Both the position numbers and the translations under genes were made by a program. DNA of 55,726 bases, the filler included, from Bipalium vagum (lineage: Eukaryota): assembly GCA_037834085.1 (NCBI GenBank). It is 3 parts of 3 records of this genome, joined end to end, with 100 filler letters (N's around TTAATTAATTAA, not from the genome) between each part and the next. Parts side by side here need not be neighbours in the genome. Positions count along the whole stretch, not along the records: positions 1 to 20,306 come from JBBMKC010255758.1; positions 20,407 to 37,275 come from JBBMKC010089119.1; 1 more part is not named here. One strand, given 5' to 3'. This document shows, one piece after another, positions 12,801 to 25,890 of this stretch; the first letter of the stretch is position 1, and the number at the start of each line of letters is the position of its first letter. The notes below the pieces were generated by a model. The model was not told where the DNA came from and did not search any database. It saw only the letters and a list, made by a program, of their open reading frames with translations.

Positions 12801-15800
12801 AAGCTTCTTCTTCCTCAACAGTATCTAAGAACCTTTGATATTCTGATGATTCTTCAAGCTTTGTTTTGCGAACCATTGACAATTGTTGCAGTTCTTCCCA
12901 AGCAGTTTCCAAATGATGCAATTTTTTCTTGATTTCTTCAGGATTTGCTAATTGAGACTCATTCATTAATTCATGACCTTGTTTGTCTACACTTTCAATT
13001 ACTGGTTTATGAGCCAGAATTTCATTTTCTAATCTCTGATGTTTTTTCTTTAGGTTACGTACGCCTATTAAATCTCGACCATAGTCTTCAGAGCTGACAA
13101 GAATTTTTTTCTCTCTTATCCAAGCTTCTTCATCATCAATTGTTCGATAGAAATCATGAAGTCGCTTTGCTTTACCCAAAGTAACAGCTCGATTTTCAGC
13201 TAATTGTTTAACTCTTTCATACCGTTCATTGATCATTTTCTTACGCTCCCTAATCGTATCAGAATCACACGTACCGGATTCAATGAATTCGTCGGCTCTC
13301 TCATTAAGATCTCGGATTCGGTCTTCATGAGCATGAATGTCGGTACCTAATACTTGATGTTTGGACAGTAAACTGTCAACGGACGCTGAATCTTTTCCAT
13401 AGTCTGGACTGGATAATGAATGTTCAACCTCTCCTAGCCAAAATTCAACATCTTTTAATCCAGCATTATAAACAGCTTGTCGATTGGCTTCTTGTAACTT
13501 TTCCGATTTGTCTTTTGATTTATTGACTAAGTAATCCCATTGATCTGCTAATTTATTTACTCGTTCCTCAACAGCATTTTCCTGACCCATACATTGTCCT
13601 GGAAAAGAGTTACATACAAATTAACCATGTTATGTAATAATAACAATAATAACTGATTTAGATTGTTATAATGATTATTCACTGATACGTATTTTAATTA
13701 ATCAATAACAAATCAATAAATGTAAATTCTTGAAATTTAAAAATCATAACAATTTACACACAAAATAAAGCACGTCGAAACCAGATAGTGTCACAAATAG
13801 TGAAATAAATTACTAAATTTCAATTCACCTTTTTCTTTCAATCTTTGACCTGATCCCAAAATACTTTGCAGTCTTTCAGCATTGGCAGCTAGTTCAGCTT
13901 CAAATGCCTGATGCTTTTGGTGTTTTGCTTGAATATTTGTTGTCGGATCTTTGTATGATTCATCCAACGTGTTCTGTAGTTTTTCATTAATCCAAATTTC
14001 CATCTCATCTGCATCTCTTATAAACGCCTGCAAAGTTTGAACGTCTCCTAAACGACATCTGTTAGCAATCATATTTTCTTTAAGATTTCCCCATCGAGCA
14101 AGAACTTCATTGCATTTTTCTTTTATGCCACCCTTGTCATAATGTTCATGTTCAACCAACTGATCAGCAAATTCCTTCAATGCTTGCATCTTGTCCTCTT
14201 GCATATTAATAGCTCTATTAAAGTCCTCGTGCTTCTTTATAAGTGAATCTACAGTTTTGTCATCAACATCTTCACCCAATAAAGATGATTCCCTAATTGT
14301 CATCCAGTCTTCTGCTTGCTCACAATCACGAAGATATAGTTGCAATTCCAGACATTGGTCAAGTTGTTTTTTGCGATTAATCCATTTTCTGAGTACATTT
14401 GTATAATGATTACGAAATCTCAAAATAATTACTCATTTAATTGCTCTTTAGCGTCAGCAATACTCTGCAATTTATCTTTTATTTCATCCTCAGCATAGTG
14501 TCCGGTTTTTAATAATTCTTTACCAAAATCTTCAAAGTTTTGAAAGGTTCCTGATCTGGTATCTATTTCCGCTTGGTGTTCCTAGATGAATATCATAAAA
14601 TATATTATCATAAATCTATGACAAGTGAACTGAAAAGTTAACTTCAAGTCAAGTGCATTGCATGCATAATAAAATTATTTAACAAAACATTGTAAAATAT
14701 TTTTTCCATAAAATTACACAAGAAACATCGATACTTTGACAAAAAATACATATTTATTTTAGAAGAATACATCATGCTCTGATCATTACTATTATACTAC
14801 CTCGCCAATAGGTTCCTGACCTATGCCATAATCACCAGTTCGATTACCAATTTCACCTGCTAAATCCTTAATTTGCGAAAAGTTAATTAACTGATATTTG
14901 AAAAGGTGTACTATCATCAGTTGAGAAGAGATTAACATTAATAAATATTTGAAATAATATTTAATTAAAAATATAACATTATACTAAAAACTTTCAATAT
15001 TTTTAAATATAATGATAATCATTATCCATTTCCAATAATTAAATTTATTAATAAAAATCGAGATTAATTTTACCCTGTGACGCTCAAGAAGAGCTTCTGC
15101 GCCGGTCACATCTTTAGCTAATTCATCTGATGATACCAAGGCATTCATAGTATTAACCCATGACATTAGGTCTCTAAATAAAAACCATAGTTATTAGCAA
15201 ATCGAAAGTAATATTTTTGAAAACCTGTAATCAGCTAAGAACTTCTGTAAATCAATAGAATTAAACAATTTTCCTTTATAATCTTCGGCCTTTTTCGTTA
15301 GATTATTCCACATTTCATTTATTTCTTCTTGATGTTGACAAATACCTTCGGCCTCATTTGGATGAGTTTGAACCAACTCAGCTGCCTTCGAGTCTAATAA
15401 TTTAACTCTTTCTCCCAATGCCACAAGATCTCTTTCAAGTGCATCATGTTTTCGAAATAGTCTTTGAACTGAAGTGAGATCTTTTCCAACATCATTTGTG
15501 TTTAATCTAGCATCTTTTTCCTCAATCCATTCTTTCGCTTCATCACATTCTCTATGATAACGTTGCACTGCATAACAATCTTCTAGATCCTTTACTTTTC
15601 TTGTAGTAACTTCCTCTAATTGTTCATATTTCTTCTGTAATTGAGTTATGATGCCTTCAATTTTTTCAACCGCTTCAGTTTGACCACTTCTTTTTAATTT
15701 ATTTGCCTTATCCTTCAATTCTTTAATCTTTTCCTCTTTCTCTTTCTGCTCGCTAACAAATTCATCAACTTTTTTCTTTTCACTTTGTACCGCTTCAAGA

Positions 15801-18800
15801 TGACCCGGAGTAATGACCTCGGTCACTGCCACTAATTCCTTTTCCACTACCCACTGATGAAGATCATTAGCCTCTCTGACCAATTGATAAGCTTGAACAG
15901 AGTCCTTCAACCGATCTCTTCTATCACGACCAAGACTTAGTAAGTTTTCATATTGGTTTTCTAAATTCTTTTGTTGAGATGCTACAGTTATCTGTTCAGG
16001 TGCGTTTGGGTCAATTTCGGACATCATTGCATCCACCTTTTTTACATATGCAGCTGGCACATGTCCTTGGCGATCATTTATTTCAACTTTCCACCAATCT
16101 TTATGATTGCTATTTAAAAGAGTTAACACATCGCCTTTTCTCATCGACACTTCTCGTGGATTCTTTTCCTGGTAATCGTACAAAGCCATGACGGTCTCTT
16201 TTCCATAACTGTCACTAACTGGAGCTTCTTGCATTTTGCAAGCATCAGCCTGAATCCGCAAAGCATCGATAGTTGATCTATAGGCTTCAATATCAGCCAT
16301 CAATGCATCGTGTTTTTTCAGCAGTGCCTCAGTAGAATCTTCATCCTTTCCGAACTCCGTACTGCCAACTAAAGGCTCCTTTTCTCGCATCCAGCTTTCA
16401 GCTTCACTTGCATCAGCTAAATATTGTTGAGCCTCAAGAGAGTCGTCTAAAAGTTGTCTCCTTTTATCTGCTTTACTCTTTAGGTCATTCCAAATATTCT
16501 TCAAATCTGAAATCTTTTTATCAATATCTCTATTTGCATAGTGATCCGTATCAATCATTTTCTGTCCTTCGTTGCACACCTCAAAGATTCTTGGTTCATG
16601 TCCAATAATTTCAGCTTGGATAGCCTGATGCTTTTTGATCAAATTCTGTACTCCAATCAAATCACGACCGACATTTGTTGATCCAGCAATCGGTTCCTTC
16701 TCGTGAATCCAATCCTCTTCATCATCAGCATCCCGGTAGAATTGGTGCAATTTATAAGCATCACTCAACTTGTTTTTTCTTCGTTCCAAAGGATCTTTTA
16801 ATTTTGCATATCGATTACATACCTCGATCTGTTTCTTCTTTATCGTATCGGAATCAAAATGTTTTTCGTCAACAAACTGATCGGCTTGTTGCACGAAAGA
16901 ATCGATTCTGTCTTGGTGTGAAGATATATCTGATTCCAACAAATTATGTTTCTTTTGCAGATTTGTCACACTATTCAAATCTTTTCCGCAGTCATCAGAT
17001 GCTAATTGTGATTCGACTTCAGTTAACCAGATTTCCATATCTTCCACATTTCTAATGAACTGTTGCTGACCACTGGCCTGGGAGAGATTTTTCTCTTTGA
17101 CTTTTGATGCCAAGACTAAATCGTTCCACAGTCTGTCGAGCTCTTCGATTCTTTCTCGTATATCGTCTGATTTGTTGTGATTAGAATCCAACAGACTTTG
17201 ACCCCGATCTTTAACATCATCCAAGCGACTTTCATTGGCTGCAATTTCAGCCAAAAAGTTTTGATGCTTTTGCACTTTTGATTGCAGATTTGTTGGCTCT
17301 TTGTAATTTTCATCTGACGCAGTCTTCAATTTTTCAACAATCCATGCTTTGATCTCATCAGCATCCCGATCAAATAACTGGTAATTGTGCGAGTCGTCCA
17401 AACTTCCTTTTCTTAATTTTGCTTTTTTCTCCAAATTATCTTTCCTATTTAATAAATCGTCCCTTTTCTTTGCTACATCGGCAGCAGCATAATGACCGTT
17501 CTCTATTAATTTGTTAGCAATATCATCTAATCTTTGAGTTTTCTCCTCTTGGGCCGCAAGTGACTTTTCAAAGTCTTCGTGTTTTCTAATTAAAGCTTCA
17601 ACGGAATCTAGGGAATCCCCAACATCATTATTCTCCAGAAATGCTTCCTGTTTAGCAATCCAGGCCTCGGCTTGTTCAGTATCTCGATAAAATAATTGTA
17701 AATCCATATTCTGTTCGTATAGTGCACGACGTTCTTGCCACAATTGAATCAAAAGAATTCTTTCTTTGTCCAGACGCTCCAGCTTGACATTTATGTCATC
17801 TTTTTGAGGGTGATTCATATTAATCAGCTGTTCGCCTTCGCTTCTGCAAGACTTAAAGCTCTCTTCACGAGAATCAATCTCACTTTTGTGTTCGCCGTGT
17901 CTCTCCATCAGAGCCTCAACTCCAGCTACATCTTTGGCTAATTCATCAGCCGATATCACAGCCTTCATGTCAGTGAGCCATGACAATAAATCTCGATAAT
18001 CTGATAAAAATCTATGCAATAAATATGAAACATCAAGTTGCTTATTCCTCTCTACTGATCTTTCTTTCAGCTGTCTCCAGGCCTGCAGCAAAGCATCTTT
18101 TTTGTCTTGAATTGCGTCTTTAGAATCTGGATGCTTTTCTGACAATTCCGCTGCATCTTTGGCCAACTGATTTACTTTTTCTTCCAATGCCATCAAATCT
18201 CGGTCAAGTGCTTCATGCTTTCGTTTCAAAGCCTGAACAGATGCTAAATCTCTTCCGAAATCTTCACTGGAAAGAGGAATAGACTTTTCGTTTACCCATG
18301 AAATCGTTTTATCAGTATCCCTGAAAAATTTTTGGATTTCATGAGCTTCAAACAACTTTTGTTGGCGCTTTTTTGCTAATTTCTTCAATCGATTCAGGGC
18401 TTCTTCAACATCATTTTTCTTATTGATTAATGATTCCTGTTCAGGGAAACCCTCTTCTATTAATTGATCGGCCTTTGCATATATTTCCGCTGCCTTTTCT
18501 TCATGATACTCCAAATCTTTCATGAATTCATTAAACTTTTTCTGTAAAACTTCAACATGTTCCAGATCTTGGCCGAACTCTTCGGATGTTACAAAGGTTT
18601 CCTTTTCCTTAACCCAGCACAATATTTCCTCAACTCGTCGTGAAAATTGAACATAATCCATAGTCAATCTCAGTAGTCGAGATTTCTCTTTGAACATGTT
18701 TAACAATTTATCCCACAAAGCATGCAACTGATCAAGTCTGGTCTGAATGATCTCCGACGCATAATGATGACTTTCAATCATTTCATTTCCACTTTTATCA

Positions 18801-19160
18801 AGAGCATTTAAATTTTCTGCTTGAGCTGCAATTTCCAATTCTAATGCTTGGTGTTTTTGATTTTTACTTTGGAGATTGGTAACATCTTTGAAATGTTCAT
18901 CTGAATATGTCTGAATTTTTTCCATAATCCAACTTTCCAATTCATCGGCATCTCGTTTGAAAAATTGATATCTATAAAAAAATTAACAAACTTATATGGA
19001 TTTGAAATAATAACTTTTTGGCATCTTCCAATTTTTTTCGTCTTTCTTCGGTAGCTTCTTTGAAAGCTGAATAACGATTCAGTACCTGTTCACGTCTCTC
19101 TTGAATATCTTCTGGAGTTTCAAGTATTTTAATTTCCTTTGGTATAGTGATATCTGCCAT
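9827..19160 (-). CDS. SPTAN1: Alpha-spectrin (non-erythroid type), complete, 10 coding exons, 2415 aa
   Basis: Exons (minus, all GT-AG, phases consistent): 19160-19015, 18971-15225, 15173-15074, 14581-14433, 14388-13829, 13598-12460, 12414-11926, 11881-11522, 10445-10014, 9952-9827; total 7248 nt. N-terminus [16 protein letters not shown]; spectrin repeats; SH3 ([19 protein letters not shown]); EF hands ([26 protein letters not shown]); C-terminus [13 protein letters not shown]. An AG acceptor lies immediately before the ATG. Confidence 0.98.
14801..14866 (-). CDS. Candidate alternative cassette exon of alpha-spectrin ([22 protein letters not shown])
   Basis: 66 nt, AAG| acceptor, GAG|GTAGTA donor, stop-free. 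Phase 0-0 matches the host intron 14582-15073. It is a GC-richer island within the intron. Confidence 0.6.
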
Positions 19161-20172
19161 CTACAATTACAGAGAGAATTTTACAACTGAATTATATAGA
19201 TTTGAAAACTAAATTTATACAAAAAAATTGTTTACTGGTAATATGTGATTAAAACTATCGAAAGTGAAAATAAATACAAGGAAACAAATTTAATGCAGTC
19301 AAACAATTATGTCTGGAAATGTTTTTATATTAGTATTTTTACTAATTTTAAAATAATTACTTTCATAATGATTTCATAAACATTTTTTATTAAAATCCTA
19401 AAACATTTTATATAATTTTGTTAATTAATGTATATAGAATTTTTACTAGCTGGTTTATTAATTATTGTTTATCATTAATAAAAATAAATTATTTTCATGA
19501 CTTTGTATTTCAAATAAAATTTCCTTAAGAACATTTGTATATCAATAAATTACAATATTCATACTTTTTCTTTGTCTGTGAGTTTATTTAATGAATATTT
19601 TTATTAATTACTTATAAATAACGTACTTATTGTAAGTATTGAAGGTTAAAATGATTTCTTATAGTTTTGAAAAAAGAGTTAAATTTTTATATTAAATTAA
19701 TATAATTCTAAAGATATTACTAATTACTGGTAGTCCACATTTGTTATATAGAAATTAAAAAATATCAGAAATAATTTTTTACATTAAAATACTGATGAAA
19801 ATTTTGTAAAGAAAAAGATTGTTTACGTTAATGTCGAAAAAACATGTTAAGTGTTGAACACAAAACCCGGTAATTCTCAGATAAACTTTATCTAAAATTA
19901 AAACTATAATTATAGAATCTGAACCGAATATATAGAAAAATGCTCTTAAATTGACTTGACCATGAGTTTCTTTTCAGAAGAAATAGTATTCTTAATAAAA
20001 TTATAATTATTGAGTAAGAGATCTTTCCACATATAAACTACCTAGTCACTGATCAAATTTTCTATCAAATTTTTGATTACTTAAATTAAGTTAATAACAG
20101 AAAAACTAATACATGAAATTTTGTAATAATATAATTCAAACAGATTATTGTTATTATTATTATTATTATTAT

Positions 20173-20306
20173 TGTTAAGATCCTAAGTTGATGGATAAAA
20201 AGGATGTTAAAGGTTGGAGCGTAAATGTGTCTTAGGTCTCAACGGTTGAAGGTTGCTTTGGTCGTGTTCGATTAATTAAATGAATTGAGAAAACGATTTA
20301 TGGTTT
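20173..20306. mobile_element. LTR-like repeat terminus (same family as 1-1244, inverted), abutting (TTA)n and the contig end
   Basis: Begins TGTTAAGATCCTAAG; reverse-complement match to ~1115-1244. Confidence 0.7.
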
Positions 20307-20406
20307 NNNNNNNNNNNNNNNNNNNNNNNNNNNNNNNNNNNNNNNNNNNNTTAATTAATTAANNNNNNNNNNNNNNNNNNNNNNNNNNNNNNNNNNNNNN
20401 NNNNNN
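20307..20406. other. Artificial contig linker (N44-TTAATTAATTAA-N44)
   Basis: Exactly 100 nt with a six-frame stop palindrome; identical to the second linker. Confidence 0.97.
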
Positions 20407-20687
20407 AATCTTCAGCTTCTTACTAATAGCACTTAATGAATTACCTTCTTTGTGTAATAATAAAATATTAGATCGTGTAATTGTAGATAATTCTGGAGCT
20501 TTACCCATGAAAATTATGTCAATGCTGGATGATGCAAATATAATCTGTTATTGTAATCTATAAAGATTTAATATATAATTGGATTTGAATAATCGACTCA
20601 CTTAAAAATAAATTGATCGCATAAACATGATTATTTTTAGTATTTTATTGTTTTCTATAGGTGTTCCTAAACTTTTCGCGGGTATTG
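20407..20687 (-). mobile_element. Tc1 transposon 5' end (TIR + transposase N-terminus), cut by the contig edge
   Basis: TA-CAATACCCGCGAAAAGTTTAGGAACACC TIR; ATG at 20508 gives MGKAPELSTITRSNILLLHKEGNSLSAISKKLKI. Confidence 0.8.
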
Positions 20688-21109
20688 TAGTTACCTATAT
20701 CATCTTTAAGTCTTTTTCATTTATAGTCTGAATATTTTGGTTTTAAATTTTTTTAATCCTTTTGAATAAATCATGTAATGATGCTTTTATATTCAGCCTT
20801 TCCTTAACATATTCATAATATTTTAAATCTCATTTAGTCGATATCTACCTCTTTTAGTTCCATATTAATGACCAAATTCTGTATTAATCTTTTCAATGAA
20901 TCTTTTTTTGTCCTACCTCTCCTCAAGGTTGTCATTATTTGATGTGCACAATCCGGTATGTCTTTTTTCAGTAAATTAATGTTTTCAATTTATTACTTTC
21001 TTATTCTTTTATAAATATAAAAAATTATAACATATATACATTATATAAAATTAGTTCTATTTTTAAGATGCTTTCTAATTCGAGCTTTGTCATTAAAATT
21101 TATAAAAAA

Positions 21110-21500
21110 ATTACCTTCTTGATCGTATTTTGTAATGACTTGATAGTGTAGTGAGGTTTTGATTTGACATGTGTCTCAATTATACCACATAGATTATAAC
21201 AGGGAAGATTGCACTCAATACAGGAAAATTGAAAATCGGTTGATCATCAGTGAATTAAATTTTCATAAATCCATGCTTTTTTATTTTTGAACCGGAGCAG
21301 AGTCCTGATGGAATACATATTTGTTCTCATTGTCTCCAATATATCAATATTTTTCTCCGGGATGACTGCAAAGCCTTCCTTGGAAAATTGATGGAATATA
21401 ATGTCACTTTTACTAGATATGAAAACAAACACCACGATAGATGCATAAAAATTAGAATACATGAAAATTGGAATATCAAACGAATGCTGGCAGATCCAGA
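21110..21500 (-). pseudogene. maT/DD37D-like transposase relic
   Basis: YVFHQDSAP...AWIYEN...CGIIETHVKSKPHYTIKSLQNTIKK, read across frameshifts. Confidence 0.55.
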
Positions 21501-24500
21501 GATCTGCCTTAAACGAAGTATTAATCATCTGAAAAGAACTTTAAATACATCATTTCATTAAGTAAATCATAAACCTTAAGTTAAAAACGTATCTTCATTT
21601 AAATTTTATTGTAGCACATAATTCTTGAGTGTGTTATTTTGTTTTCAAAATATCATTTGAAAGAATGAATCATGGCATGGGTGCACGATGAAGACAATTT
21701 TTTAAATACTTATATAATTGTAGATTATCCTTTCTATTCGGCTTTGCAGCGTATTGAACACAGCAGAAAATCACTAATTACCACGCCTATATGGAATCAC
21801 TAACACAAACATGTGAAATGGTTGCCCATTATACCGTAGAATAAAGGAAAAACTTGATTAATACTACAGAAGAAAATCATGGAATTCTTCGTGTTTCTTG
21901 TCTAACATTGGTACTTCGAATAGGCTGTCACGACCAACAGTTTTGAGGTTCAAGAAGGACCTTGACTCAGCCAGTCACTGGGCTGTTGTGATAGTTGATC
22001 CTTTCGGCGAAGCACAATTCTTTCTTCGGCACCTGATTTCGAAACATTAACCAGATTATTGGTTCAAGAAGATCAGTTGCTAATATTAATTAGATAAGTT
22101 CAATTAACATTGTATTTATAAATTATTTGGAAAATACTAATCTTATTTCCTTCTTTATATTAAAACATCCATTTTTGGAATGGAAATATTAGTATATATT
22201 ATTTTAAAAGTTCGAATATTGCATCTGAAATGAAACATATTATATTTTTTCACATTTAGATAATGAAATGACAACTTACACTCTGGGTACCACAAGTATA
22301 ACTTCAGACCATTTCTTTGAATATAAAGAGGTAATTAAAATTTTTACAGTTCTCAAGACATACTTTTACATAAATACATTTTAGTTATTGCAAACATTGA
22401 TTCTTATTTTTCTAAAGTTTTTATTTAATAATATTTTATTTAATCGTGTTTTTTCAAAATTTTACTTGGTTATTTTTTTATTTATTTAATATTTTTATTT
22501 GCATTTAATATTAATTATATGAATATTTGGAAAATGCATTTATTTAAATTTTATTTTTAGAATTGTGTAAATAATTTTAATAAATAAATGGTTACTGATC
22601 ATTTATATTCACGACTAAACAATTATTCTTAACTTTGTAAATAACCTTTTACAAATTTCGGTCCATGGTCCGATTGAATTCATTCCAGACTCTGTAATTT
22701 CTGGGATAATTTTTTTTCTTCCTCTATGAATGATCCCACAAAACGAAAATGTATTTTTCTCCCATTTGAAATCTTTTTCATATTGTATCTCGTTGTACTA
22801 CTTCATTTGAGATAATTTACTTCTGATAGATCATTCTTCACCAAATATTTTCTGCAAAAATTTTTTTTCCAGCTTTTTTTTCCTATTAACTTCTGGATAC
22901 TTGTATCTAGAATAAATTAGATCTTTGAAATAATGGAATTCTATGTTTCACCTCCTGAGTTTTGCTATGCCCTCACCATCTTTCTTATTATTCGAAATTG
23001 CTTCTCTGTCATTTCATAGCTATTATGGTAATAACAACTTGAAACACCTAAAACTACCTTAATAAAGCTTTCAAAGGTCTTCATTTGTGATGATAAAAGT
23101 CTTTTCGCTGTCGACATGCATCTCCTTTTAGATCACCAAATATTGAGAATTGTTTTTTTCAAGACCTTAGTTATTGTTCTTCCAATTGTCACTAACTATA
23201 CATAACTAAGTTTCGATAACACTTGAATAACAGCACGAGGGAATGTTTCTACTTTAACAAAGCTAATTTGCTATGATCATACATAAAAAAAGAATTATTC
23301 AATTGTTCAAAACTTTTATTAGCATATAAAAAACAGGTTGTTTATTTTCACTTATGTATTACACCGTTTTCACCTCCATTTTGACATTATAAAACTCTAT
23401 TTTGACATTGCAAATTTAATTTTGACTTTGTAATATTATATAATTAACTACAGTAAGTCGAAAAATAGAGTTATACCTTGTTTCTCCATTATAAGAAATC
23501 TCCTGTGTATAAGGCATCCATTAATTTTGTGTTATTTTATGGTAATAATATAATAATTATCAAAATATAAGACTAATTTTATTATTTTTTGCAAGGATGG
23601 TTGATATTAAATTTATGTCTTTGTTCTGTCACATCTGTAGCAATCGAATATTAGAACTTTATTTCATTACTAGTAATTGGTTAGTAATGAATTACGTTGA
23701 TTTTTTATTATGTAATTCGTAATTTGTATGGAGAGAATCGGAGATTATTGAAAAAACTAGAAATTATAAAATACTAGTGGGTAGGCAAGAGAGTAATTAT
23801 CCATTTTACATAAAGGCAACTTCAATTTATCTATATTTTAAATAAAATAACCATTATTTAAATATAATATTAAAAGATATTCGATGAATTCAAATTTTAA
23901 TCAGAAAGTTAATTTCATAAACTATTTTTTTTTATTTTTCAGCTTTAGTATGGAGGATCGGAACACTTTTCTAGGCATATTTTACTTTTTTATTAACGGA
24001 AAACAAAATTCGTGAAGTCTATGAAGAGTGCGCATTTAAAGAACTCCAATGTCGGAATTGATTAGAGAGATTACGAAGAGGTGATTTTTCACTCAAACAT
24101 AAGCAACGATCTGGCTGTCCACTAGAAGTCAAAGATTTAATTTAATTGTTCATAATATATGAAATATAATTTAGCTTATAAATTAATTGTTTTGTCTAAT
24201 GTAGTTCATATAAATATTTTTCACGATTGATTTAAGATTTTTATATATATGTAAATTTAAATTTCAAATATCGTTTAATGTTCATTTTCGTGTTGAAAGA
24301 ACTATGGAATTGTTGGTCTGAAGAAATTTGAGGTAAATTTATTTATTGTTTTATGTTATTTCATTGTTTTACATTAAGTTATCAAATATTATAAATATTA
24401 GGGAAATTACTAAAATAAACTAACACCCAAGCTTTAAAATAAAAATTAAAAAACACTATATTCATCCTCATAAATTCGGACAAAAATGATGTTTTTTATT

Positions 24501-24789
24501 TATATTTTAAATCTTGGATCTCGATTTATTTTAGTAATCTCCCTACTACCCTAGCTAAAATATTAATAAAAAACAATTTTTTTTCATCATAAATGGGTCG
24601 AAATGGATGTTTTTAAAATTTTTATTAATATTTTCGACACATGCTTTCCACTTGGTACATGCATCCTAAATTGCTTGGGGCTCTTTTATAATTTTTGATT
24701 TTATCACATCGTTTTTCATTGACAATAACATTTTTAATTTTATAAAATATATGAAAAACATTTTTTATCTTTATTTTCTATATAAAAAA

Positions 24790-25805
24790 GGACTGGATCA
24801 TATTATTGTGAAGTTTGTAATAAAGGTATTTCAAAATATAATAAGGGTAAACATTTAAATACAAAAATACATTTTAAAAAAAGTACTAATAAAAGCAGTA
24901 AAACGTAATATTGAAAAAATAGAAGAAAAATATCAAAATTTCTTTATTAAACCGGTGGTGACATTCAACAAACTATTACAAATAATAATTTTTTAAATAG
25001 ATTTACAACAGGGAAATATCCAGAAGAATTACATTTAAAATCTTTTAAATGTAATTAATTTTTAAAAAAGCCTACTGGACCAGGAACAAATATTGATAAA
25101 CTTTCGAAAAATTATGAAGATGTTATAAATAATTCATATATTCTTCCAATTCCAATATATAGAGTTGATCAAGCTGCAATGAAACATGATGTAAAAAATA
25201 TTTCAAAAGATTTAAAAGATAGACATGTTGCAGATGTAGAAATGATTCATGAAATGAACAATATTCAAAACCCAACTCCAAAAGAAAAAACTTGAAAGAG
25301 CAATAGTAAAATTATTATGAAAGGTAAAGTAGCTTTCGGATTAGGTCTTCAAAGAGATAAAAATATTGCAAATGAAAAACTATTTGAAGGTGAAGAAGAA
25401 ATAAAACCAGAAAATAAAAAAACAATTAGCAAATGAACTTCATATAAAATTTAGGAAACCTAAACAATACCTTAAAGTTAAAGTTTTTAATAAAGATGAT
25501 ATTTTGTCAGCAGATTTAACATTTGTACCAGGAGAAAAATCTTGTAAACTAATTCTAACAGTAATTGATTTATATACAAAATACGCTTTTGCTGTACCTT
25601 AAAAAAGTAAAATTGAAAAATCTATAATAGATACATTTGATACAATATTTAGAGGCTACCAAAGAAAACTAGAAAACTTTGTGTTGATAAAGGTACAAAA
25701 TTTTATAATAAAACTTTGAAAAATTTTGTGATGAAAATGAAATAGAAATGTATTCAATAGAGATTGAAGATAAAGCTGTTGTCATTGAAAGATTTATGAC
25801 AACTT
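24790..25805 (+). mobile_element. Maverick/Polinton (adintovirus-like) relic: C2H2 zinc finger, parvovirus-type PLA2 domain and rve integrase
   Basis: YYCEVCNK...KHLNTKIH; GGDIQ..KYPEELHL..TGPGTN..RVDQAAMKHD..KDRHVAD..KGKVAFGLG; LANELH..SADL..LTVIDLYTKYAFAVP..VDKGTKFYNK..KAVVIERF. Multiple stops and frameshifts. Confidence 0.8.
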
Positions 25806-25890
25806 TTATTATTTAAAGTTTTAGACAGTCTGCAACCAAAAACAAGATTGAAAAAACTTTCATTATTTATTACATCATTAGAATTAAATA

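Noticed and set aside
9833-17941. Plus-strand and alternate-frame ORFs over alpha-spectrin
   Set aside because: Shadow ORFs of the real minus-strand CDS; no motifs.
20351-20362. TTAATTAATTAA palindrome as a biological site
   Set aside because: Synthetic six-frame-stop linker, repeated at 37320-37331.
22560-23290. Possible Tc1-like relic (similar faint traces at ~8700-8950 and ~42300-42950)
   Set aside because: Too decayed to assign motifs or boundaries by eye.
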